This document shows positions 18,975-26,375 of a stretch of 26,375 nucleotides of DNA, piece by piece; position 1 is the first letter of the stretch, and every line of letters begins with the position of its first letter. Position numbers and translations under genes: made by a program. The stretch lies in NCBI GenBank assembly GCA_964014485.1, contig CAXHAT010000108.1:1-26375 (forward strand), in the 5' to 3' direction. Source of the DNA: an uncultured Deferribacteres bacterium. Lineage in GTDB: Bacteria; Zhuqueibacterota; Zhuqueibacteria; Zhuqueibacterales; Geothermadaptataceae. The notes under the pieces are model-generated. The model did no database searches and was not told the DNA's origin. It saw only the letters and a program-made list of their open reading frames with translations.

Positions 18975-19093
18975 AAATTTTTCTCTCCGATTCTTCAATT
19001 TACTAATTTCTAATCACAATACACGGGGCGTTTTGAAGGCTGCGAACAAGGGCCTTGAAACGAACATAAAAACGACAAGCATGGAGCATGCAA

Positions 19094-21730
19094 ATGGGCT
19101 ACCCATACAAAGATATTGAACAAAAATGGCAGCGTTTCTGGGACGAAAACAAAACGTTCCGCACGCCTGACGAAATCGACAAAAGCAAACCGAAATACTA
19201 TATTTTGGATATGTTTCCTTATCCCAGTGGTTCCGGTTTGCATGTCGGTCATCCGGAAGGGTATACGGCGACGGATATTCTGGCGCGCTACAAGCGCATG
19301 AAGGGCTTCAACGTCCTGCATCCCATGGGCTGGGACGCTTACGGTTTGCCCGCCGAGCAATACGCTATAGAGACCGGCACGCACCCGGCAGTGACGACGG
19401 ACAAGAACATCGAGCGCTTTAAGGGGCAATTGAAAGCGTTGGGTTTTTCCTACGATTGGGATCGAGAAATTAAAACGACAGACCCGAATTATTACAAATG
19501 GACGCAGTGGATTTTCCTGCAATTGTATAATCGCGGTCTGGCTTACGTTGCGGAAGTTCCGGTCAATTGGTGCCCGGCGTTGGGGACGGTTTTGGCCAAC
19601 GAGGAAGTGATCGACGGCAAGAGCGAACGCGGCGGCCACCCCGTTTTTCGCCGTCCGATGAAGCAGTGGATGTTGAAAATCACTGCTTACGCTGATCGTT
19701 TGCTGGAAGATTTGGAAGGTCTGGATTGGCCGGAAAGCACGAAAGAAATGCAGCGCAACTGGATCGGCCGCTCCGAAGGCGCGGAAATCACTTTTGCCGT
19801 TGACGGTTTCCCGGACGAAAATATCACCGTTTTTACAACGCGTCCCGACACAATTTTCGGCGCGACGTACATGGTCTTGGCGCCGGAGCATAATCTCGTC
19901 GCCAAAATCACGACTGCAGAACAAAGCGATTCAGTCAAAAAATATCAAAAAGAAGCCAGCCGCAAGAGCGACCTGGAGCGCACGGAATTGCAAAAGAAAA
20001 AGACGGGCGTTTTTACCGGCGCTTTTGCGATCAACCCAGTCAACGGCGAAAAAATTCCGGTGTGGATCGCTGACTATGTTTTGGCGACTTACGGTACCGG
20101 TGCGATCATGGCCGTGCCGGGGCAGGATGAGCGCGATTGGGAATTCGCCGAAATTTTCGATTTGCCGATTCTGCGTACCGTCCAGCCGCCGCAAGATTTT
20201 GACGGCAAGGCTTATCTCGGCGACGGCCCGGCGATTAATAGCGACTTTTTGAATGGGCTGCACATCGCCGAGGCCAAGAAAAAAATCATCGATTGGCTGG
20301 AAGAAAAAGGGGCGGGAACGCGCAAAATCAACTACAAACTGCGCGATTGGTTGTTCAGCCGTCAGCGGTACTGGGGAGAGCCGTTTCCAGTGTTGCACGC
20401 GGAAGACGGCAGTACAAGGCCTTTGGACGAATCAGATTTGCCGTTGACCCCGCCGGAAATGGACGATTACAAGCCTCAGCCCGTCGCCGATGACGAAGTT
20501 GATCCAAAACCGCCGTTGTCCCGCGCGCCGGAAGCTTGGCGCATCGTTGAAAAGGACGGCGAAAAATTCGTTCGTGAATTCAACACCATGCCGCAGTGGG
20601 CCGGATCGTGCTGGTATTACCTGCGCTACATTGATCCACACAATGACGACGCGTTGATCGATCCTGAAAAGGAAAAGCATTGGGGGCCGGTGGATTTGTA
20701 CGTCGGCGGCGCGGAGCATTCGGTGCTGCACTTGCTCTACGCCCGCTTCTGGCACAAAGTCTTGTACGACATAGGCGTGGTTTCGACGAAAGAACCGTTT
20801 CAAAAGTTGGTGCATCAAGGCATGATTCTGGGGGAAATGGAGTTCAACATGTTCGTGGACTCTGACGACAACCCTGTTTCAGCCGCGATGGTCAACTCTG
20901 ACAATACCCACAAAGATTCCGGCGAAAAAATGGCAATGCGTCGTTTGCAGGAAAACGAAACCGAGAAATCGGGCGAACATTTTGTCTGGAAGGAGAATCC
21001 GCAAATTCGTATCGACGCGCGCGTTTTCAAAATGAGCAAGAGTCGCGGCAACGTGATTAACCCGGACGACATTGTGCAAAACTACGGCGCCGATTCGCTG
21101 CGATTGTACGAAATGTTCATGGGGCCGTTGGAGCAAATGAAGCCCTGGAGCATGCGCGGCGTGGACGGCGTGCATCGCTTCCTGAACCGCGTTTGGCGCC
21201 TCATCATCGATGAAGAATCTGGAGAACTTTTGCCTGCGGTAATTGATGACGCACCAAGCCGCGATCATTTGCGCCACCTGCACCTGTGCATTAAAAAGGT
21301 CACCGAAGACGTTGAAAATATGCGCTTCAATACGGCAATTTCCGCGATGATGGTGTTCGTCAACGAAGCGACCGGTTGGAAGAAACGCCCGAAAGCCGTT
21401 TTGGAACAATTCATTCTGCTGGTGCACCCTTACGCGCCGCATCTGGCGGAAGAATTGTGGCAAAAGCTGGGTCGAGAAGAATCTCTCGCGCATGAAAAAT
21501 GGCCGGAATTGAACGAGGAATATTTGCAGCAGGATACGGTGAATATTGTGGTTCAGGTCAACGGAAAATTGCGCGGCGATATGGAGGTTTTTCGCGGGAT
21601 GTTGGAAGACAGGAAAGCGATTGAGCAGAGCGCCCTTGCCCTCGAAAACGTTCACAAGTTTGTTGAAGGCAAGACGATTCGCAAGATTATCGTCGTCCCG
21701 GGCAGATTGGTAAATATTGTGGCAAATTGA
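19094..21730 (+). CDS. leuS: Leucine--tRNA ligase
   Basis: [18 protein letters not shown] (HIGH motif), editing domain FTTRPDT and [29 protein letters not shown], and C-terminal [12 protein letters not shown] 19094 is correctly spaced from GGAG (19083-19086); alternative start 19088. Confidence 0.98.
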   Translation: MGYPYKDIEQKWQRFWDENKTFRTPDEIDKSKPKYYILDMFPYPSGSGLHVGHPEGYTATDILARYKRMKGFNVLHPMGWDAYGLPAEQYAIETGTHPAVTTDKNIERFKGQLKALGFSYDWDREIKTTDPNYYKWTQWIFLQLYNRGLAYVAEVPVNWCPALGTVLANEEVIDGKSERGGHPVFRRPMKQWMLKITAYADRLLEDLEGLDWPESTKEMQRNWIGRSEGAEITFAVDGFPDENITVFTTRPDTIFGATYMVLAPEHNLVAKITTAEQSDSVKKYQKEASRKSDLERTELQKKKTGVFTGAFAINPVNGEKIPVWIADYVLATYGTGAIMAVPGQDERDWEFAEIFDLPILRTVQPPQDFDGKAYLGDGPAINSDFLNGLHIAEAKKKIIDWLEEKGAGTRKINYKLRDWLFSRQRYWGEPFPVLHAEDGSTRPLDESDLPLTPPEMDDYKPQPVADDEVDPKPPLSRAPEAWRIVEKDGEKFVREFNTMPQWAGSCWYYLRYIDPHNDDALIDPEKEKHWGPVDLYVGGAEHSVLHLLYARFWHKVLYDIGVVSTKEPFQKLVHQGMILGEMEFNMFVDSDDNPVSAAMVNSDNTHKDSGEKMAMRRLQENETEKSGEHFVWKENPQIRIDARVFKMSKSRGNVINPDDIVQNYGADSLRLYEMFMGPLEQMKPWSMRGVDGVHRFLNRVWRLIIDEESGELLPAVIDDAPSRDHLRHLHLCIKKVTEDVENMRFNTAISAMMVFVNEATGWKKRPKAVLEQFILLVHPYAPHLAEELWQKLGREESLAHEKWPELNEEYLQQDTVNIVVQVNGKLRGDMEVFRGMLEDRKAIEQSALALENVHKFVEGKTIRKIIVVPGRLVNIVAN

Positions 21731-21746
21731 GGATTAACGAGTTGAT

Positions 21747-21800
21747 GAATGCTGGATTATTGGGTTGTATTATTCCATGAATCCAGCATTCCAAGTTTTT
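21747..21800. terminator. Hairpin between convergent leuS and DUF4097 genes (probable terminator)
   Basis: Perfect 12-bp inverted repeat GAATGCTGGATT (21747-21758) / AATCCAGCATTC (21780-21791), followed by TTTTT (21796-21800). Confidence 0.6.
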
Positions 21801-21815
21801 CGGTTTGCTCGCGTC

Positions 21816-22760
21816 TTATCTTTCTTTCAGGCTAATGCTTCCGCCCGATGTGCGCAAGTACAACTCCGGGCCGCCGCCGTTGACTTTCGCCACGAGTGAT
21901 CTCTTGCTAATTTCTCCGCGAACCATGACCGGGAAATCCGTACGAACGCGCCCGCCGCTGGTGCGTGCGTCGACATTTACGCCAACCTTGTCCGACAGGT
22001 AAACCGTCACGTTACCGCCGGAAGTCGTCAAACGACAATCGTCTTTCGGCTGCTCGGAAATTTCAGCGGAAACGGAGCCGCCGGAGGTACGCGCATCAAT
22101 GGATCCGTAAACTTCGTTGACCGAAATGCTGCCGCCGGAAGTTTTCGCGCGCACATCGCCTTTGGCGCGGTCAATACGAATCGAGCCGCCGGAAGTGTGA
22201 ACGTCAACCTGCCCGTCCACTTCACCGACTGTGATGCTGCCGCCGGAGGTTTGGCCTTCAACGTCGCCTGTCACATTGCCGAACGTCAGGCTGCCGCCGG
22301 AGGTTTTGCAATAAACCTCGCCTTCTAAATCGTCAACTTCAATCCCTCCGCCGGAAGTCTTTAAATCAACATTGTACCTTCTGGGAACAACCACGTTGTA
22401 ATGGATTTTGAGCTTGCGGTATTTGCCGCCCCACCAACCTCGACGCGATCTTTCGCCTTCAAATTCGCCAGTAACGATCACGTCATCGCCGCGCTGTTTG
22501 AAATCAACAGTAAATTCGTCCAGAAGCTCGTCGGCGTTCCAGCCGTCGACTTCGCGAATCACTTCAATTTCCACGCGGTCGCTATTGCTCGTTTCAACGT
22601 CTATTGAACCCTTGTCCGTTTCAATCGTCAGCGTTCCGCCAGGACTAACGTTAAACGATTTTTCTATGCGGTCTCTCTGTGCGAACGCCGCTGAAGACGT
22701 CAGCAGCGACAACACGGCAATTGTCCATAAAAAGCGTTTCATCGCATTTTGCTTTTTCAT
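21816..22760 (-). CDS. Secreted DUF4097 family beta-strand repeat protein
   Basis: GGAGGG RBS before ATG 22760, signal peptide, and nine TSGG repeats mostly at 19-aa period. C-terminal NGGGPELYLRTSGGSISL. Confidence 0.88.
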   Translation of the reverse strand: MKKQNAMKRFLWTIAVLSLLTSSAAFAQRDRIEKSFNVSPGGTLTIETDKGSIDVETSNSDRVEIEVIREVDGWNADELLDEFTVDFKQRGDDVIVTGEFEGERSRRGWWGGKYRKLKIHYNVVVPRRYNVDLKTSGGGIEVDDLEGEVYCKTSGGSLTFGNVTGDVEGQTSGGSITVGEVDGQVDVHTSGGSIRIDRAKGDVRAKTSGGSISVNEVYGSIDARTSGGSVSAEISEQPKDDCRLTTSGGNVTVYLSDKVGVNVDARTSGGRVRTDFPVMVRGEISKRSLVAKVNGGGPELYLRTSGGSISLKER

Positions 22761-22852
22761 TTTTAGAACCCTCCGAGCAAATATATTTGAAAGTTTAAGA
22801 GTAACCAAAAAGCATCAGAACCATGGCAGCACACTACGGCGCTGAAATGAGG

Positions 22853-24163
22853 TTAGTTGCCTTTCTTGATCGTGATTTCACCGTTAATTGTAAAAATGTA
22901 AACTGAATCGCCGCCGCCGTTAATTTCGCCTTTGGCGCGCAATGTTTTGAAATCGCCTTCTTCTTCCTGCTCGCGAGACAGCGGAAAGTCGCTTAAAATA
23001 TCATACCGCTGCGAATAACGTTTTAGTCGCTCCAAGCGGATTTCAGCCACAATTGACGCCGGCAAATCGGCAGGCAAAATCGCTTGAACGTCGCCGCCTC
23101 TTGAGCGCAAATCGACCCAATGGGATTTGGTAAAATCTTCCAGCGTCATTTCCATTTCAATGTCGCCGCCGGAGGTGGAAGCCTCCACAGCGCTTTTAAC
23201 GTCTTTCAATATTATGTCGCCGCCGGAAGTGCTGACGGAAACTTCATTGCCAAAACCTTCGCCGTCAATATCGCCGCCGCTGGTATTGGCGCGAACCTCC
23301 CCGCCCATCGTGGAAAGCCGAATATCACCGCCGGAGGTGCGCAATCGCGTGTTTTGTTTACAGTTCCGCGCCCGAATCCAGCCGCCGGAAGTTCTCGCTT
23401 CAATTTCGCCTAAAACGTCTTCCAACGCTATATTTCCGCCGGAAGTGTGTACGGCAATATTTTTCTTAACGTCGCGCACGCGAATATCGCCGCCGGACGT
23501 CTTGACATCCGTCTCACCATCTACGTTGTCAACTCTGATTGAGCCGCCGGACGTGCTGCCGCGGACGGGCCCCTGAATCTCTTCCAGCGTAATATTTCCG
23601 CCGGAAGTTCGAAATTTGACATTGCCTTTCAAGCGATACATCGCCACTTCGCCGCCGGCTGTTGTCAGGTCGAACTTGCCGGAAACGTCTTCAACTTCAA
23701 CGTCACCGGAAGAAGAGCGCACGTCGATACTAAAATTCTTCGGAACGTTTATCACGAATTTGCTTCTCGCCGAAGCTCTGCGTCCAACGCCTTCGATGGA
23801 CACCCTTGAATCGGACTGCGTGAAATTCTCGGCGGCTTCCGTCGCCATTTTCATCGCCTCGGTCTCGGTCAAAACTTCCATGCGCAAATTATATTTCACA
23901 TGAACTTCGTTTTTTTCCCATCCCGTGATCAAAACATCTCCTGAAGTGCGTTGCATCAACAATTCGCCGCCGGAAGAAACTTGAAACGATTTTTCAATGA
24001 CTGTTTCATAGCCGTCGCGAACCTGGTTGAGTTCCTGCGCTTGAGAAGAGCACATAAAAACAGCGCCAAGAAACAAAACCACGCGGGCAAGATGCGCCGC
24101 CGTCTTCTGGAATAAGCGGCCATTGCGTTGGGCGCTGCCATTTTTGAGTTTGATTGATTTCAT
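22853..24163 (-). CDS. Secreted DUF4097 family beta-strand repeat protein (longer paralog)
   Basis: ATG 24163 lies one nt after the anti-sigma stop. Signal-like N-terminus, nine exact TSGG plus several degenerate repeats at 19-aa period, and C-terminal GEINGGGDSVYIFTINGEITI. Confidence 0.85.
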   Translation of the reverse strand: MKSIKLKNGSAQRNGRLFQKTAAHLARVVLFLGAVFMCSSQAQELNQVRDGYETVIEKSFQVSSGGELLMQRTSGDVLITGWEKNEVHVKYNLRMEVLTETEAMKMATEAAENFTQSDSRVSIEGVGRRASARSKFVINVPKNFSIDVRSSSGDVEVEDVSGKFDLTTAGGEVAMYRLKGNVKFRTSGGNITLEEIQGPVRGSTSGGSIRVDNVDGETDVKTSGGDIRVRDVKKNIAVHTSGGNIALEDVLGEIEARTSGGWIRARNCKQNTRLRTSGGDIRLSTMGGEVRANTSGGDIDGEGFGNEVSVSTSGGDIILKDVKSAVEASTSGGDIEMEMTLEDFTKSHWVDLRSRGGDVQAILPADLPASIVAEIRLERLKRYSQRYDILSDFPLSREQEEEGDFKTLRAKGEINGGGDSVYIFTINGEITIKKGN

Positions 24164-24164
24164 T

Positions 24165-25196
24165 TTACTGATCTCTGCGGATTTCCCGCTTGTTATTCGG
24201 TTGAACATTTTGTCCCTCAATTTGCCTTAATCGTTCTTCGAGCTTACTGCGAAAATATGGACTGGGATCGTTTTGAGCGGCCATGCTAAGCGCCTCATAG
24301 CCCGCAGCGTCAAGGTCGCCCGTCTCCAAAGCGTCGAACGCTTGCATTCGTACGGCAAAGTCCTGGTCGTTGAGAAAAAGTGTAAAAAGAACGTTTTTTA
24401 TTGTTTCCGTGAACGGCAGTTTGCCGATTAAACGAATCGTTTGCAGCCTGATCCCCTGATTTTGCTCTTCACGCAAAACTTCGAGCAGGGTTGCCTCAAC
24501 AGTCGGATCCGACGCAATATGCGAAACCAGATCATTTGCCGCTTTGACGGCGTGCAGGCGCACGGCCGGATTTTCTTCTTCCAACATGGCTTGGAAAAGC
24601 ATCTGCCGAATCATCGGGTCTTCGAATTTGCCTTGCAGCGAGATTTCGTTCATCGTGTTGTAGTGAATGTTTACCGTGCCGTCCTTGGGATCATAAGACA
24701 ATCTTTCGATTCCAGCAAGAAACGGATTGACCGTCGTCTGTCCCGACTGGATTTGGCGGTTGGCGCTGATGAAATCTTCCAACGAAAAAGTATTTGCCGT
24801 TTCGGGAAGCGTTGTTGGAACTGTAGTTTTAGATTCTCGACCCAACAAGAATCCAAACGCGAGCAGCAACGCCGCAAATCCAAATTGAAACGCCGGCGCC
24901 GGTTTTAAAAAACCAAAAACGTTCCAGCGAACACCGTTTTTTTCGCGCGGTTGGGAATCGGCGCGCATTTTGAGCGACAAGCTTTGCCGTAATTGAAACA
25001 ACTCGTCATCAGCGGGCTCATGAAGCGGTCGGCGCGGGATTTCGTTTTCCAGCGCTTTAAGTTCCGCGAGCGCATCTTGGCAATCAACACAATCCGCCAG
25101 ATGCGCTTCAAACTGCGATTGCTCCTCAGCGCTTAAGTCGTCGTAAAAAAACAACGGCGCCAGCTCTTCTGAATCATTGCACTTTTCTTTTTTCAT
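24165..25196 (-). CDS. Zinc-finger (zf-HC2) transmembrane anti-sigma factor with C-terminal HEAT-like repeats
   Basis: HxxxCxxC motif (FEAHLADCVDC), TM FQFGFAALLLAFGFLLG, and HEAT-like units ENPAVRLHAVKA, QNQGIRLQTIRL, QDFAVRMQAFDAL and DPSPYFR. Downstream of the ECF sigma gene. Confidence 0.88.
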   Translation of the reverse strand: MKKEKCNDSEELAPLFFYDDLSAEEQSQFEAHLADCVDCQDALAELKALENEIPRRPLHEPADDELFQLRQSLSLKMRADSQPREKNGVRWNVFGFLKPAPAFQFGFAALLLAFGFLLGRESKTTVPTTLPETANTFSLEDFISANRQIQSGQTTVNPFLAGIERLSYDPKDGTVNIHYNTMNEISLQGKFEDPMIRQMLFQAMLEEENPAVRLHAVKAANDLVSHIASDPTVEATLLEVLREEQNQGIRLQTIRLIGKLPFTETIKNVLFTLFLNDQDFAVRMQAFDALETGDLDAAGYEALSMAAQNDPSPYFRSKLEERLRQIEGQNVQPNNKREIRRDQ

Positions 25197-25230
25197 GACA
25201 TTAAAAAATCAATTCGGTTAAAACGACGGC

Positions 25231-25353
25231 AAGGAGTACGAAGCTTGCTTTGCTTTTCATTTTGCAAGCCGGGAAAACGCGGCAAGTTAAATCGCCGCAG
25301 AAGGATCTTGAACGAGCATTCAACTGAATAGCAAGGCAAGCCTTGCACTCCTT
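25231..25353. repeat. REP-like inverted doublet, GGAG-headed family A, copy 2
   Basis: AAGGAGTACGAAGCTTGCTTTGCTTTTCA (25231-25259) and TGAATAGCAAGGCAAGCCTTGCACTCCTT (25325-25353). The arms match those at 196-300; the spacer is unrelated. Confidence 0.82.
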
Positions 25354-25358
25354 TTTAT

Positions 25359-25937
25359 TTAGATCGCGTCTTTATGATAAGGCGTCAATTTTTTTCTCAG
25401 TTTTTGCGAGGCTCGAAAAATATAGTTTTTCACCGTGCCTTCCGCACAATTCATCATGCCCGAAATTTCCTTGATTTTATAGCCGTGAATGTGCTTCAGG
25501 GTAAAGGCTGTTCTTTGCGTTTCGGGCAATTCGTCAAGTCGCCGATGAATGTGTTCACGGAATTCCGTGGACAGCATTCGATCCGGCGCTTCGGCCTCAA
25601 CTGCTGCGTTTTTTTGTAGTTTCAAATCTTCTTTTTCATCGTTGCGCTCAATCGAAAACATTCTTTTTCGCGTGCGCTGCTTGCGTTTGTTGATCGAGAG
25701 ATTCACAACGATGCGGCCAAGCCATGAATGAAAACTGCTCTCAAAACGAAAACCGCTTAAGCCGGAAAAGGCGCGCATAAAAGCTTCCTGATACACGTCT
25801 TCCGCGTCCTCTCGATTGTTGAGCATGCTGTAAGCAATTTGCAAAACGCGCTTGTCGTGCATTCTGACCAGCGAATCAAAAGCGTAGTGATCGCCGGTTT
25901 GCGCGCGTTCTATCAGTTCTCGTTCTCTATCTTCCAT
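25359..25937 (-). CDS. ECF-subfamily RNA polymerase sigma factor
   Basis: Region 2 DAEDVYQEAFMRAF...FRFESSFHSWLGRIVVN. Region 4 LPETQRTAFTLK...YKIKEIS...GTVKNYIFRA; 192 aa. Confidence 0.95.
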   Translation of the reverse strand: MEDRERELIERAQTGDHYAFDSLVRMHDKRVLQIAYSMLNNREDAEDVYQEAFMRAFSGLSGFRFESSFHSWLGRIVVNLSINKRKQRTRKRMFSIERNDEKEDLKLQKNAAVEAEAPDRMLSTEFREHIHRRLDELPETQRTAFTLKHIHGYKIKEISGMMNCAEGTVKNYIFRASQKLRKKLTPYHKDAI

Positions 25938-25960
25938 GAGCCTGCATTGTGTTCGAAATC

Positions 25961-25990
25961 AAAGACAGCGCGCCCTGAAAAAGGTTTGCA
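25961..25990 (-). promoter_or_regulatory. Putative autoregulatory ECF-sigma promoter
   Basis: The minus strand reads TGCAAAC-CTTTTTCAGGGCGCGCT-GTCTTT: an AAC -35 element with T-tract and a GTCT -10 element, about 25 nt upstream of the sigma ATG. Confidence 0.6.
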
Positions 25991-26016
25991 CCTGCTTTGA
26001 AATCGGGGGAAATTTC

Positions 26017-26046
26017 TTGCGGTTCAAAGCGCATTCCATGTATACT
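26017..26046 (+). promoter_or_regulatory. Putative sigma70 promoter of the DUF819 gene
   Basis: TTGCGG (26017-26022), 18-nt spacer, TATACT (26041-26046). Confidence 0.45.
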
Positions 26047-26094
26047 GAAATTTAAAGCCGGAACAAATTCACGAAATCCGAACCGGAAAAAATC

Positions 26095-26331
26095 ATGGAA
26101 GAAACCGCTGCCGCTTCAACGCCGTTGTTCACAAACGACGCCATCGTTCTGGGCATTTTAATCGCCTTGCTCGCCTTTGTTTTTCAAACTTCGCACAGCT
26201 CGCGGCCATTTTGGCAAAAATTCTACAAATACGTGCCGTCTCTTCTCCTCTGTTATTTTCTGCCCTCCGTCCTGAATTCCCTGGGCGTCATTTCCGGAGA
26301 CGTTTCCAATCTTTACTTCGTCGCCTCGCGC
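26095..26331 (+). CDS. DUF819-family membrane protein, N-terminal fragment (truncated by contig end/adapter)
   Basis: TNDAIVLGIL...FWQKFYKYVPSLLLCYFLPSVLNSLGVI...SNLYFVASR resembles the DUF819 N-terminus. The ORF-track tail LSLIHI* is adapter-derived. Confidence 0.75.
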
Positions 26332-26375
26332 CTGTCTCTTATACACATCTGACGCTGCCGACGAGCTTCTTGGTG
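26332..26375 (+). other. Untrimmed Illumina Nextera adapter (technical artefact)
   Basis: CTGTCTCTTATACACATCT (Tn5 mosaic end), GACGCTGCCGACGA (reverse complement of TCGTCGGCAGCGTC), 8-nt index GCTTCTTG, and GTG (start of the P5 reverse complement). Confidence 0.98.

Noticed and set aside
18724..19093. T-box riboswitch or tRNA upstream of leuS
   Set aside because: No T-box consensus (GGTGGNACCGCG), no U-tailed terminator and no cloverleaf are visible.
19010..21655. Long antisense ORFs over leuS (304 aa, 258 aa) and similar ones over other genes
   Set aside because: These are shadow ORFs opposite well-supported genes, with no recognisable motifs.
21816..24000. GCCGCCGGA-like motif recurring about every 57 nt (CRISPR-like periodicity)
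   Set aside because: It is the reverse complement of the coding TSGG repeat in the DUF4097 proteins. The repeats are short, degenerate at wobble positions and in frame, and there are no cas genes.
26332..26350. Tn5/IS50 end suggesting a transposon
   Set aside because: It is the synthetic mosaic end followed by Nextera primer and index sequence.
26095..26352. 85-aa small membrane protein or pseudogene
   Set aside because: The stop codon and last six residues come from the adapter; the gene is simply truncated.

Overview
This is a bacterial chromosomal (probably metagenomic) contig end of roughly 50% GC. Its gene content (GWxTD protein, DUF5916 barrel, DUF4097 proteins, DUF819) suggests a diderm of the KSB1/Calditrichota/FCB-like type; that placement is inference only. 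Genes in order: acyl-CoA dehydrogenase (+); SAM methyltransferase coupled to a GWxTD protein (-); a long + strand run (TM/coiled-coil/TPR-like hypothetical, LytS kinase, LytTR regulator, two tandem secreted TlpA-like thioredoxin fusions, CBM9/DUF5916 outer-membrane protein, membrane-anchored serine hydrolase, acyl-CoA synthetase, lipoprotein M1 aminopeptidase, leuS); an ECF sigma / zf-HC2-TM-HEAT anti-sigma / 2x DUF4097 operon (-); and a truncated DUF819 gene ending in Nextera adapter (artefact, 26332-26375). The strongest non-genic signal is three different REP-like palindrome families arranged as inverted doublets (GGAG-headed x2, GTAG-headed x1, nested four-hairpin x1), two of them with compensatory stem changes and no transposase in the window. 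The best candidate for an undescribed system is the LytS/LytTR locus with AlgR-like boxes upstream of two atypical thioredoxin fusions and a DUF5916 barrel. A structured 130-nt leader before the acyl-CoA dehydrogenase and a Leu-rich uORF before leuS are weaker leads. No rRNA, tRNA, CRISPR array or transposase was found.
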